Assembly (NCBI RefSeq): GCF_001194135.2
Contig: NC_068998.1
Span: forward strand, 33,480,538 to 33,544,537
From: Octopus bimaculoides
Lineage: Eukaryota
Reading direction: 5' to 3'
Length of the DNA stretch: 64,000 nt
Shown here piece by piece: positions 52,496 through 64,000 of the stretch. Within the stretch, counting starts at the first letter, position 1, and every line of letters starts with the position of its first letter. The translations under genes were made by a program, and so were the position numbers. The notes under the pieces were generated by a model. It did no database searches, was not told where the DNA came from, and saw nothing but the letters and a program-made list of their open reading frames with translations.

Positions 52496-53972
52496 AATCA
52501 AAATTACCATGAGGAACTATATTTTGCAATGTATCATTCTTATTTAAGACAATAGTGTGATTTTAGAGAGATTTGGCTGCTATTTAAAGCAAATTGGGTG
52601 TGTAGACTCACCTTCACTGACTCAACCATTACCAATTATTTTAAGCCGGAAACCCAGAACTAATATTCATATCCAACCAGTCATAACTTGTATGGGAAGT
52701 TGAAAGAGGGAGCTAATGTCCTTAAAGGTTTATTCAGCCATTTCAAATATTCCTTGTAAGCTTATACTTGTCAGCCTTGCATTGCTAACTGGCTTTTATT
52801 ACGTTCCTGTATGTACACTAAAATGGCAATGCTTCCAGTAAATTACATGATCTTACTTTTAGATTAAATATTATAAGCTATTTATGAGTTCGGAAGAAGA
52901 AATATTGCTTTAGAATATCTGCCAAAGTTTTATTAGACTCTCATTTGATAGGGAAATATTCCTTATAACATAAAATATAATGTGGCAATAGCTTGTTGAG
53001 AAACTGGTAGCTAAAAACATTCCAAACAAATATTTTAAAGAATTACTATTGATAAATTTCTCAATATTGTGTGATGCTATCAGCATTATATGCATGAAGT
53101 TGTGAAATGAGTTACTATTCCTATGGATAAATACTAGAATGTTAACCTTATATTTACTGATATTTCTGTTTTTGTTTTGTCTAGAGGGAACAACATGAAT
53201 GTTTCAGTTTTACTTTGTTATGAGATGTTATGTAAATATACATGGAATTGAACTCACACAAATCTGTTTCATAGAGGGTGCCATCAAGGTATATTCATTT
53301 ATGTTATGTTCACTTTTCTGGTCATGATAGAGTCACTTGAAGCTGAGCTAAACAACTATTGTGTATCAATCCAACAGATTCAGGATTAAGCAATATTCCC
53401 AATCCTATTCCATCAGAACTACACTTTCATGAAACTTGTATTCTACTAACACTGCCGAGCTGAAGTTGAATCTGAGCATCAAGACTATAACTCTACAAAA
53501 CTATGGACAGTGTTGATTCTTCAATGCATTTGATTATAAAAAAATGAACTAAACTGTGGAGAAGACTCATTTCTCTCATAGTAAAATTAATGTAATAATA
53601 TTTTGATACTTTGAAGAGCGGATACAGTTGCATGGCAGAAAAGCTCATTTCATAACCACATAGTTTTGAGGTTCATCCCACAGTGTAGCAGCATAAGTGA
53701 GTGTCTGTTAACACTGCTCCAGGTTGAATAATGTCTGATAGATGGAAACTCTACAGAAGACTATTGTGTGTAAAAATATGTATATATAAATATACATACA
53801 TGCATATCTAATATAATAAATGCGAAAACTAATTTCTGTGTGTCAGTGTGTCACACTCAGACTCCCTCTCTCACTATTCAATGACACTCCTACTACTATG
53901 TCTCTTTCACAGAAATTCCTGTCGCCTACATACTGAACACTATCATTTTTGTTTTATTGTTTGCTTTCTTTA

Positions 53973-54015
<43 letters not shown>

Positions 54016-54037
54016 AAATACACNNNNNNNNNNTTTA

Positions 54038-54080
<43 letters not shown>

Positions 54081-54120
54081 AAATACACTTTAATTGAGAT
54101 AAAGTTTCCTCAAAATTAAC

Positions 54121-54949
54121 ATATCTAATATAATAAATGTGAATGTTAGTGAGTCACACTTTTTCAACTTTAATAAATCCTTTGTACTGGATGCACAAGC
54201 TTCAAATTTTGGAGGAAGGGATTAAGTCAATTACATTAACCCCAGTACATAACGGGTATTAATTTTATCGATCCCGAAAGAATGAAAGTTAAAGTCAACC
54301 TCGGTGGAATTCAAACTCAAAACCTAACAGCAGATGAAACACCACTAAGCATTTTGCCTGGAGTACTAAGGATTCTGCCTGCTCACTGCCTTAATATAAT
54401 ATAATACAATATAATAAATGTGACTGTCAGTGTATCTCACTTTTCAACTTTACTCGTAGGGGCCGTAGCCCAACATGTCATACCATTTTGATATCAGGCT
54501 GACTCCGTGAGTAAATTAAAAATATTCTGGGTCAAATCCAGACCCACAATCTGGAAATTTTGGATTCCCAAGTTTTCATTAATGTGATTGTTTGCAGTGA
54601 TTTTTTTGCATGACTTTTGGCAACAAATGTTTTTGCATGATAGCAATTTTTATAATCTAAAGGCTAACTCCATGAGTAAATTAAAAACATTCCAGGTTGA
54701 ATCCGGACTTGCAATCCAGAAATTTTTGATTTCTATGTTTTCATTACTGCAATTGTTTGTGGAAATTTTTTTTCACATGATTATTTGTGATGGACATAAT
54801 CATCATTGGGATATGACTCTGGAGGAAGCAATTGCAACAAATTCTCCAAACAAGTCAGAGATCTCTTTACAGATCTTCCCATTCAGGTCAGTTGCTTAAA
54901 AACTATATACAAGCTTAAGAGCCACCTGATAGGCTGGCTTTTAAGCTAG
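54121..54949 (+). mobile_element. Non-autonomous Helitron-like element interrupted by a SINE
   Basis: 5' atctaatataataaatg head (also at about 53805 and 54408); 3' hairpin agccacctgataggctggct followed by CTAG at 54946-54949; internal ~70-bp duplication at about 54490 and 54660. Confidence 0.45.
54172..54392 (-). mobile_element. SINE family 2
   Basis: Homologous to the 12445-13126 copies. Confidence 0.8.
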
Positions 54950-54969
54950 CATATATATATATATATATG

Positions 54970-55124
54970 TACTCTTTTATTATTTGTTTCAAGACTTATT
55001 CTTCGTAAGCCTAGTACTTATTCTATCAATCTCTTTTGCTGAACCACTACGTTATGGGGATGTAAACACGGCCACATCGGTTGTCAAGCGATGGTGGGGG
55101 ACAAACACAGACACACAAATATAT

Positions 55125-55204
<80 letters not shown>

Positions 55205-55365
55205 GATGGTCTTCTTTCAGTTTCTGTCTGCCAAATCCACTCACAAGGCTTTGGTCAGCCCGAGGCTAGAGTAGAAGACACTTACCTAAGGTGCCATGCC
55301 ATGGGGCTGAATCCAGACCATGTGGTTGGAAAGTAAGTTTCTTACCACACAGCCACACCTGCACT
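54970..55365 (-). mobile_element. SINE family 1 with long internal (CA)n(TA)n
   Basis: Reverse complement of the head ggtgtggctgtgtggtaag and of the body. Confidence 0.85.
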
Positions 55366-55380
55366 TAAATAGCTTCTTGT

Positions 55381-55536
55381 CACATATTAAAGCTGCAAAA
55401 TTATCACAAAACTGTTACTCAGAGTTCCACGTTCCTGTCATTGGACAGTTGTGATAAAAGTACACGATTGTCCGACAAATGGGAATGTGAAGCTCTCAGC
55501 AACAGTTCTGGGATAATTTTGCAGCTTTAATATGTG
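55381..55536. repeat. 156-bp foldback, ~72-bp arms, outer 25 bp perfect
   Basis: cacatattaaagctgcaaaattatc ... gataattttgcagctttaatatgtg. Confidence 0.9.
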
Positions 55537-55654
55537 TTTACTCTACATTTGATGTTCGGGTACTATTTTTTCCACATTGTTTTGCACTTATGTTATGTTT
55601 TTTCCACATTGTTATGCACTTATATATACAGACGTATATATATATATATATATA

Positions 55655-55838
55655 AAAGCACCCATTACACACCCAGAGTGGTTGGCATTAGGAAGAGTAT
55701 CCAGCCATAGAAAACCATGCCAAGTCAGACTGGAGTCTGGTGCAGCCTTCCAGCTTACCAGCCCTGGTCAAACTGTCCAACCCATGCCACCATGGACAGC
55801 AGACATTAAATGATGATGATGTTGATGATGATGATGAT
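55655..55838 (+). mobile_element. RTE-type 3' tail, severely 5'-truncated
   Basis: aaaagcacccattacac...ttaggaagagtatccagccatagaaaccatgcc...gacattaaatgatgatg. Confidence 0.8.
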
Positions 55839-55890
55839 ATATATATATATATATATATGCACATATATAAATTTAAAAAATGGAATCAAA

Positions 55891-55995
55891 TGCAGGTGTT
55901 CTTCAAATCATTTATACTTCCAACATATATTTACATAGAGGCAGAATTAATGTCAACATATGTTGGAAGTATAAATGGTTTGAAGAACACTTGCA
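55891..55995 (+). repeat. 105-nt hairpin, 38-bp stem, 29-nt loop
   Basis: tgcaggtgttcttcaaatcatttatacttccaacatat / atatgttggaagtataaatggtttgaagaacacttgca; the two mismatches are G-U pairs on the plus strand. Confidence 0.85.
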
Positions 55996-56053
55996 ATTTT
56001 TTCCTTGTTATTCGTACACATTGAAAAACTATACATACATATATACATATATG

Positions 56054-56105
<52 letters not shown>

Positions 56106-56134
56106 TATGCATTGATATACATACATGTAGATAT

Positions 56135-56180
<46 letters not shown>

Positions 56181-57531
56181 ATTTATACACACACATACAC
56201 ACCCACGTATGTATACTTGGCTATATGTTTGTGTGCATGTGTAATTGCTTATTTGTATGTGTCTCTGTTATTGATTCTATTGTTACTAAATGTGGGATGG
56301 TGATGTTGTTTCTCTGCCATAAATATTACTTCCTGTGTCCTGGTAGTTTCGTCAGATTTTAATGAGTGAATCTAAGTGGAATAAAAATACTTTACTTGAA
56401 AATCAAGTAAGTGTGAGCAAGTGTAAGGGATATTATCTGTAGAATACTGCTTCAGTAAATCTTCAACAAGCCAAGTATGTTTAGAAAAAATAAATATTAA
56501 AACGTTTAGGAAAATGATATACAAGGAAGCATAGCTGGAAGGCTATAAAGGTAAATTCCACCAGCACGAATACCGTATTCTTAGAAAAGAGAAAAACTTA
56601 GTGCTTACGGGAATAAACTTACAGACCATTTCTTCTCTGCTTCTACAGGGATAAATAACATTATAAATAGCATTACAATCTCCCGAATGAATTGCACATA
56701 TTACAGAGAAATAAGATTTTAATTTTGCCTTTTGAATTTTGATCTTTGCTGAAGCTAAGAAATATGAACCATTTCTAATCAAAAGTTGAAGATATTTTAC
56801 ATTTGGGATTGAATTTAATTAATCGGGAAAGGAATTGAATATAAATAATTCTCTTTTTTATATATATGTATCTTTTTATGCTTGTCATATGAAACATGAA
56901 TTCCATTTCAGCAATGATATTAAATTTGGATATACAATTATGAAGAAAATATTCATACATATTAATTCTTTTGTATACTCAAGTTTCAATTTCAAGAAAA
57001 TCAGAAGGAGAAAGACACAAATTTACATGGAACTATTGAACTGGGAATATGAATGATGATAATGAAACATTTATATTAGATGTAAATGGAGGTATTTTTA
57101 TGTAGTTGATTTAGAAAAAAAAGAAATTCAAGATTGTACAATTTATTTATCAGAAGGACAAATTCTAATTTGAAATGTAAATAAATAGGATTATTTCTTC
57201 ATTTATTTTAAAGCATAAACATTCATAGGCTTATAAAGATTGGAAAAAGAATATCTGTTTCATGGATTATGTGGCTTGGGAAATGTTTTTCAAACTTTTG
57301 AAACAAAGGAATTCAAACTAAATTACATTTTCTGTGACTTCTTATTACTTNNNNNNNNNNNNNNNNNNNNNNNNNNNNNNNNNNNNNNNNNNNNNNNNNN
57401 NNNNNNNNNNNNNNNNNNNNNNNNNNNNNNNNNNNNNNNNNNNNNNNNNNNNNNNNNNNNNNNNNNNNNNNNNNNNNNNNNNNNNNNNNNNNNNNNNNNN
57501 NNNNNNNNNNNNNNNNNNNNNNNNNNNNNNN

Positions 57532-57579
<48 letters not shown>

Positions 57580-57639
57580 GTATATATATACGTATATATA
57601 TATGTATTTATATATATATGTGTGTGTATGCATATACAT

Positions 57640-57673
<34 letters not shown>

Positions 57674-57880
57674 ACACATATATATATATGTGTGTGTGTA
57701 GACGTATGTATGTATGCATGTACATTTCTATGTACATATGTATGTATAAAAACAAAAATAAGAATGGAGAAATCACATCTTTAATTGGGGATTACACCAT
57801 ACATTACCAACAATCATTATTAATCCTTTTTACTTCTTATACATACTCTCTCTCTCTCTCTCTCATGCACATTTAGAAAG

Positions 57881-57926
<46 letters not shown>

Positions 57927-58519
57927 GTAGGTAGACAGATATGTAGGTATAGTCATATGCTCACATACACACTTATATATACTCATCTGTTTGTTCATTT
58001 TGCATCCATTTACTCCAACTTAGCATGAGTTATATGAATACAAAATATTGAAGCATTGTTTAACAGTGGGAGGCCTTTCCTGTCGCTCCATGGATTTTAA
58101 ACCATGTTAAATCATTTCCAATGTCCTTTAATTTGAAGTTCATGAATTCATCTGACAAAAAACGGTTTCTTTACAATGATGCAATGTTTTCATTAATAAA
58201 TTAATGGAGTTGTTAGAAACGGGCATAATGGATTGGCACCCATACTTCTACTGTTACTCATTTATATTTTTTATTCACCTGTCTTAGAATCTGCCCTTCG
58301 TAAATATTATGGACTGTATATTTAATATAATGTACTTGTCTGGATAGTTCAAGAACAGATTTCTTCACTCATCTGGTTCTAATTGTCTATATACACTGCA
58401 GGAATATTATTTGGCTGGTACTTATGTACCAATTTTGATGTTTACATAATAATGTATGTATATATTATTCTGACTTAATGAGTTGCCTCAATTTAAGTAC
58501 CTAATTCAACTGGATCTTA

Positions 58520-60775
58520 CTTGGCAGTGTTGGCCTAGTCACCCATATAGTTAACCAGCTGATACATGAATGAGTCATACTCAATAACTGGTGTAGCAGC
58601 ACCATAGTCAACTGCTACAAAGGTAAAGGTGACGCTTTAGATACAAATAATTACAGAGGTATCAAGTTGTTGGATCAAGTAATGAAAGTCACGGAGAGGT
58701 TCATAGCCCAACTAATTAGGGAGAGAGTCAGTTTAGATGAGATGCAGTTTGGGTTCATGCCAAGGAAAAGCACCACTGATGCTACATATTTCTGGTAAGA
58801 CAGCTGCAGGAGAAATACCTAGCCAAAGATAAACCTCTGTATCTGGCTTTCGTTGACATGGAGAAAGCCTTTGACAGGGTCCCCCGCTCCCTTATCTGGT
58901 GGTCAATGAGGAAACTTGGGATAGATGAATGGTTAGTGAGAGCTGTGTGAGCCATGTACAGGGACGCTGTTAGTAAGGTGAGGGTTGGCAACGAGTACAG
59001 TGAAGAATTCCGTATAGAGGTAGGGGTCCACCAAAGTTCAGTCCTCAGCCCCCTCCTATTTAACATAGTCCTCCAGGCAATAACACAGGGATTCAAGACA
59101 AGTTGCCCCTGGGAGCTCCTGTATGTTGATGACCTTGCTCTAATTGCTGAGTCACTATAAGAACTAGAGGGGAAGTTTCAGGTATGGAAACAAGAATTAG
59201 AATCGAAGGGCCTTAGAGTCAACCTAGCTAAAAGTAAAGTCCTAATAAGTAGGAAGGTAGACAAACCACAGACCCCTTCAGGTAGATGGCCCTGCTCAAT
59301 CTGTAGAAAAAGCGTAGATAGAAACTCTATAAGATGTACCCAGTGCAAGCTATGTACACATAAGAGGTGCAGTAATATCAAAGGAAGGCTAACTAGGAAG
59401 ATAGTTTTTGTATGTGGCAGATGTTCAGAAGCAGTAAACACTGAAAATGTGCAGAAAACAACTTCTGCTACATTCCAGGGAGAAAAACTAGAAGTAGTTG
59501 ATAGCTTCTGTTACCTAGGTGACTAAGTCAGTAGCAGGGGAGGCTGCGCTGAAAGTGTAGCTGCTAGAATAAGAATAGTCTGGGCAAAGTTCAGAGAGCT
59601 CTTACCTCTGCTGGTGACAAAGGGCCTCTCGCTCAGAGTAAAAGGCAGACTGTATGATGCATGTGTACGAACAGCCATGTTACATGGCACTGAAACATGG
59701 GCCATGACTGCTGAGGACATGCGTAAGCTCACAAGAAATGAAGCCAGTATGCTCCGCTGGATGTGTAATGTCAGTGTGCATACTCGACAGAGTGTAAGTT
59801 CCTTGAGAGAAAAGTTGGACCAAAGAAGCATCAGTTGTGGTGTGCAAGAGAGACAATTGCACTGGTATGGTCATGTGGTGAGAATGGATGAGGATAGCTG
59901 TGTCAAAAAGTGCCACACCCTTGCAGTTGAAGGACCCTGTGGAAGAGGTAGACCCAGGAAGGAAGACCTGGGAGGAGGTGGTGAAGCATGACCTTCGAAC
60001 ATTAGGCCTCACCGAGGCAATGACTAGTGAAACTTTGGAAATTTGCTGTGCATGAGAAGACCCGGCAAGCCAAGTGAGACCATAATCCCTGGCCTTTGCC
60101 AGTGGTGTAACCAATCCACTTATGTGTACCTTTCCTTCATTGGACACTAAACTCTGCTTCCGAAGACTTGTTGAGGCAAGTGAAATCGAAATCAAACTAA
60201 ATTCGATGACTAGCCAACCTAGGCCAACCTTTCCTTCATTGGACACTAAACTCTGCTTTTGAAAACCTGTTGGGGCAATCGAAATCGTAATTGAACCAAA
60301 TTCGATGACTGGCACCTGTGCCAGTGGAGCACTAACAGCACCGTCCAAGCATGATCATTGCCAGTGCAGCTGTCTGGCTTCCGTGCTGGTGGCACGTAAA
60401 AAGTACCATTTGAGCATGATCTTTACCAGTGTCACCTTACTGGCACTTGTGCCGGTGGCATATGAAAAAACATTCGAGCGAGGTCCTTGCCAGTGCTGCT
60501 GAACTGGCTCCTGTGCAGGTGGTATGTAAAAAGCACCATTTTGAGCATGGACGTTGCCAGTACTGCCAGACTGGCCCTTGTGCCGGTGGCACGTAAAAGC
60601 ACCCACTACACTCTCAGAGTGGTTGGCGTTAGGAAGGGCATCCAGCTGTAGAAACTCTGCCAGATCAGATTGGAGCCTGATGCAGCCATCTGGTTCGCCA
60701 GTCCTCAGTCAAATCGTCCAACCCATGCTAACATGGAATGTGGATGTTAAATGATGATGATGATGATGATGATAT
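58520..60775 (+). mobile_element. RTE-clade LINE, 5'-truncated and inactive: RT with internal PHD-type finger, repeat-rich 3'UTR, (GAT)n tail
   Basis: CYKGKGDALDTNNYRGIKLL, QFGFMP, AFVDMEKAFDRVPR, GVHQSSVLSPLLF, LLYVDDLAL, C4HC3 insert, DSFCYLG, LHWYGHVVRMDE, GRGRPRK. Stops near 58950, 59158 and 59524, plus frameshifts. Confidence 0.93.
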
Positions 60776-61504
60776 ATATATATANNNNNNNNNNNNNNNN
60801 NNNNNNNNNNNNNNNNNNNNNNNNNNNNNNNNNNNNNNNNNNNNNNNNNNNNNNNNNNNNNNNNNNNNNNNNNNNNNNNNNNNNNNNNNNNNNNNNNNNN
60901 NNNNNNNNNNNNNNNNNNNNNNNNNNNNNNNNNNNNNNNNNNNNNNNNNNNNNNNNNNNNNNNNNNNNNNNNNNNNNNNNNNNNNNNNNNNNNNNNNNNN
61001 NNNNNNNNNNNNNNNNNNNNNNNNNNNNNNNNNNNNNNNNNNNNNNNNNNNNNNNNNNNNNNNNNNNNNNNNNNNNNNNNNNNNNNNNNNNNNNNNNNNN
61101 NNNNNNNNNNNNNNNNNNNNNNNNNNNNNNNNNNNNNNNNNNNNNNNNNNNNNNNNNNNNNNNNNNNNNNNNNNNNNNNNNNNNNNNNNNNNNNNNNNNN
61201 NNNNNNNNNNNNNNNNNNNNNNNNNNNNNNNNNNNNNNNNNNNNNNNNNNNNNNNNNNNNNNNNNNNNNNNNNNNNNNNNNNNNNNNNNNNNNNNNNNNN
61301 NNNNNNNNNNNNNNNNNNNNNNNNNNNNNNNNNNNNNNNNNNNNNNNNNNNNNNNNNNNNNNNNNNNNNNNNNNNNNNNNNNNNNNNNNNNNNNNNNNNN
61401 NNNNNNNNNNNNNNNNNNNNNNNNNNNNNNNNNNNNNNNNNNNNNNNNNNNNNNNNNNNNNNNNNNNNNNNNNNNNNNNNNNNNNNNNNNNNNNNNNNNN
61501 NNNN

Positions 61505-61549
<45 letters not shown>

Positions 61550-62140
61550 TTATCATTCAACTACGGTAGTAGTTAAATAATATTCTTAAGGTCACAATTT
61601 ACTCACATGCAGCTCCTTTCAGAGCCTGTCGCTAATTCAGTGCGTAACCAAATTGAAAAGTGTTAGCCTTTTTGAAGAGGACTGGTCCCTAGCTACATTT
61701 TGGTATAACAAAAATTAAGATTTGATCCAGTAGAAAAAAGTTTGCATCAAAATTTGTAGCAATATTATAGGAGAGTAAGCAATGCCACCAATCAAGTTTA
61801 GAGCTAAATAACTTTTTTATTTTAAAAGCAAAATATATTTATCTTAGCATCAATGATAGAAGAAAGCATGAGAATTTCATAGTTTTGTTCCGATGCAACA
61901 AAAATTTGTACCAAAAACATTGAGAGGCAAAATATCATGAAAAAAATATAAGGAAAAAATTGGATTTAAGTATGATTAACTTTTTTATTCTAAAAACAAA
62001 CTATAAGAGGACTTTTAATATATGTCACTGGCATCATTGAGGTAAGGAAAAAAATTATCAATGGCACCAATAATTTATGTATTTGAGACATTATTAATAA
62101 GCATAATAGCATAGCCTAAAAATAAAACATGGATTACATA

Positions 62141-62986
62141 GAAAAATGCGAGCAAGAGAAATAATATTCTGAAGATTATAAAGTTATTACACTTGGAAAA
62201 GTTCAGGACAGCTTATTACATCTAGTAAAGTACAGATTAAAAACATTTGTGCTTAAAATATTGCAGCTAAGGATGAAATTTGAATATTAAAAATTACTTG
62301 ATTTTAATTTACAAAGTAACATTATAATTGAAAAAGGTACCACCATTTTGTTAAAATATTGACACACTAGAATAATTAAAAAATGAGAGCCAGAAGTACC
62401 AATATATTTTATGCAAATTAGAATAGTATATATAGTAGGCAAATTCATGATGTAAAAAATAGGCATTGGGTCAAGACTAAAAATGTGAAGACTTAGGAAT
62501 AACTTAAGCAATAACTCAAATGAATTTTGCTGTGAATTTGTTGTTATGGATAGTGTTTATTGTAGCATATAACTAATTTTTGTATTACTCTATTCATTGT
62601 ACTAACTAATTATGTACTACTATTATTTTTCAAATTACTATTTAAACATTTTTAATTATTAATTAATAATAAAAACAATGAATTTTTTTAAAGTGCAAAA
62701 ATATTTTGATTTATTTCTTATTTTTAATAGAAGTAACAAGTAATAACAAATAGAAGTAATAACTTGAAATAAAATTATTAGTTTTCATAAAAGCTAGCAT
62801 TTTCTAAATCTAAGTATTTTATTTGAAATTTTATCCTTAACTGCAATATTTTAAGTGAAAATGTTCTTGTTCTGCACCTTACCAGATGTAATAAGCTGTC
62901 CTGAACTTTTCCAAGAGTAATAACTTGTCCTGTAATTTTCTAGGTTTATAATCTTAAGAATATTATTTCTCTTGCTTGCATTTTCC
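62141..62986. mobile_element. Long-TIR (foldback) element: arms 62141-62303 and 62806-62986, ~500-bp AT-rich spacer
   Basis: gcaagagaaataatattct(g/t)aagattataaa and aagttattac(a/t)cttggaaaagttcaggacagcttattacatct are present in both orientations; the left arm lacks about 20 bp. Confidence 0.8.
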
Positions 62987-63042
62987 TCTCTAACATATAA
63001 TGTATGTTTGTATGTATGTATTTATGTATGTGTGTGAGTGTG

Positions 63043-63094
<52 letters not shown>

Positions 63095-63300
63095 TGAAAT
63101 TAGTTGCAGCAAATTATCTATGATAGATGCTCTTCCTGTCGTCAACCCTCAAAGAAAAGAAAAAACTATTTTATAGTAAGTTGATATTTTCTTGTAGCAG
63201 GACATATTTTCAAAGAAGACTGGAGGTGCAAGGCATTGTTTCTATGACAATGATGTTTTTTACAACTCTCAGGCAATATCAAAACATGGAGAAATAAGCA

Positions 63301-63348
<48 letters not shown>

Positions 63349-63734
63349 TACATGTGTTTATCTGGTATGCATACATGTATGACTGTACATGAAATGTGCA
63401 TGCTTAAATATACATCCATACATACAATATGTATTTTTGAGAATCTGTACGTCTATCTGGTTATGGAGATATGCATGGCTTACATTGTATTACTTCTGTG
63501 TTGCTCATGCATTTTAATTCATGGCTTCAGAGTGCTACAGAGAAACAGTTTGATTGACTAAAGGATAACAAATTTCTTACTCAAACTGCTTTAAAGATTA
63601 ACATTTTATAAGCAGACAACATAAAATTAATCTAAGTTGTAAACGGAAACACAATTGTTATCAATAACACCATTACTATTTTATTATCGTTATTTATTCA
63701 TTTTGTTGTTCCTGTTGTTGTTGTTGTTGGTGGT

Positions 63735-64000
63735 GGTGCAAACATGGCTGTGTGGTTCAGAAGCCCACCTTCTTATAATGTGGTTTCAGGTTCAGACCCA
63801 GTGTGCAAAACCTTGTGCAACAGTCTTTTACTTTAGTGCCACGTTGACCGATGCCTTATGGAAGAATTTGGTTGACAGAAATTCTGTGGAAGCCAATCCA
63901 GCATGACTGTAGCTGCTCAATTTAAACACACAAAAGAGCAAATGAATATATATAAATATGTATATGTATAGGCGCAGGAGTGGCTGTGTAGTAAGTAGCT
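63735..64000 (+). mobile_element. Two SINE family 1 5' parts (63735-63900 diverged; 63968 to window end)
   Basis: catggctgtgtggttcagaag...caggttcagaccc; taggcgcaggagtggctgtgtagtaagtagct. Confidence 0.7.

Larger units (their letters stand above)
17951..61504. other. Assembly gaps at 17951-18025, 30414-30915, 32182-32294, 34252-34729, 39232-39643, 51495-52160, 54024-54033, 57351-57530 and 60785-61504
   Basis: Runs of N, mostly flanked by (TA)n or other microsatellites. Confidence 0.98.

Noticed and set aside
52560-52660. Strong minus-strand donor gaag|gtgagt near 52610
   Set aside because: Upstream frames are closed and it overlaps a decayed repeat end.
53972-54088. Direct duplication taata(CA)n taaaatacac on both sides of a 10-N gap
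   Set aside because: Typical unmerged contig overlap; treated as an assembly artefact.
28020-61580. Many long ORFs in the track (YIYI, CVCV, HTHT, poly-X)
   Set aside because: They are read-throughs of microsatellites and N-gaps, not coding sequence.

Overview
AT-rich, microsatellite-dense eukaryotic DNA with nine N-gaps. The SINE and LINE families resemble those I recognise from cephalopods, probably Octopus (inference, not searched). I could not confidently identify any host protein-coding gene, so the window looks intronic or intergenic. It is almost entirely a mosaic of decayed mobile elements: two R4/Dong-clade LINE fragments ending in (TAA)n, several RTE-clade LINE pieces (two carry a PHD-type finger inside the RT domain), L1/Tx1- and CR1-like RT scraps, gag-like ORF1 pieces, Penelope-like elements, two Tc1/mariner remnants, Helitron remnants and many copies of two tRNA-related SINEs. 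Two things stand out. First, about nine minimal type I hammerhead-ribozyme-like motifs tied to Penelope-like termini; two independent ones have a non-canonical CCGAUGA core, and two sit back-to-back in a 427-bp palindrome. Second, six long inverted repeats or foldbacks. All alignments and folds were done by eye; nothing was searched or computed.
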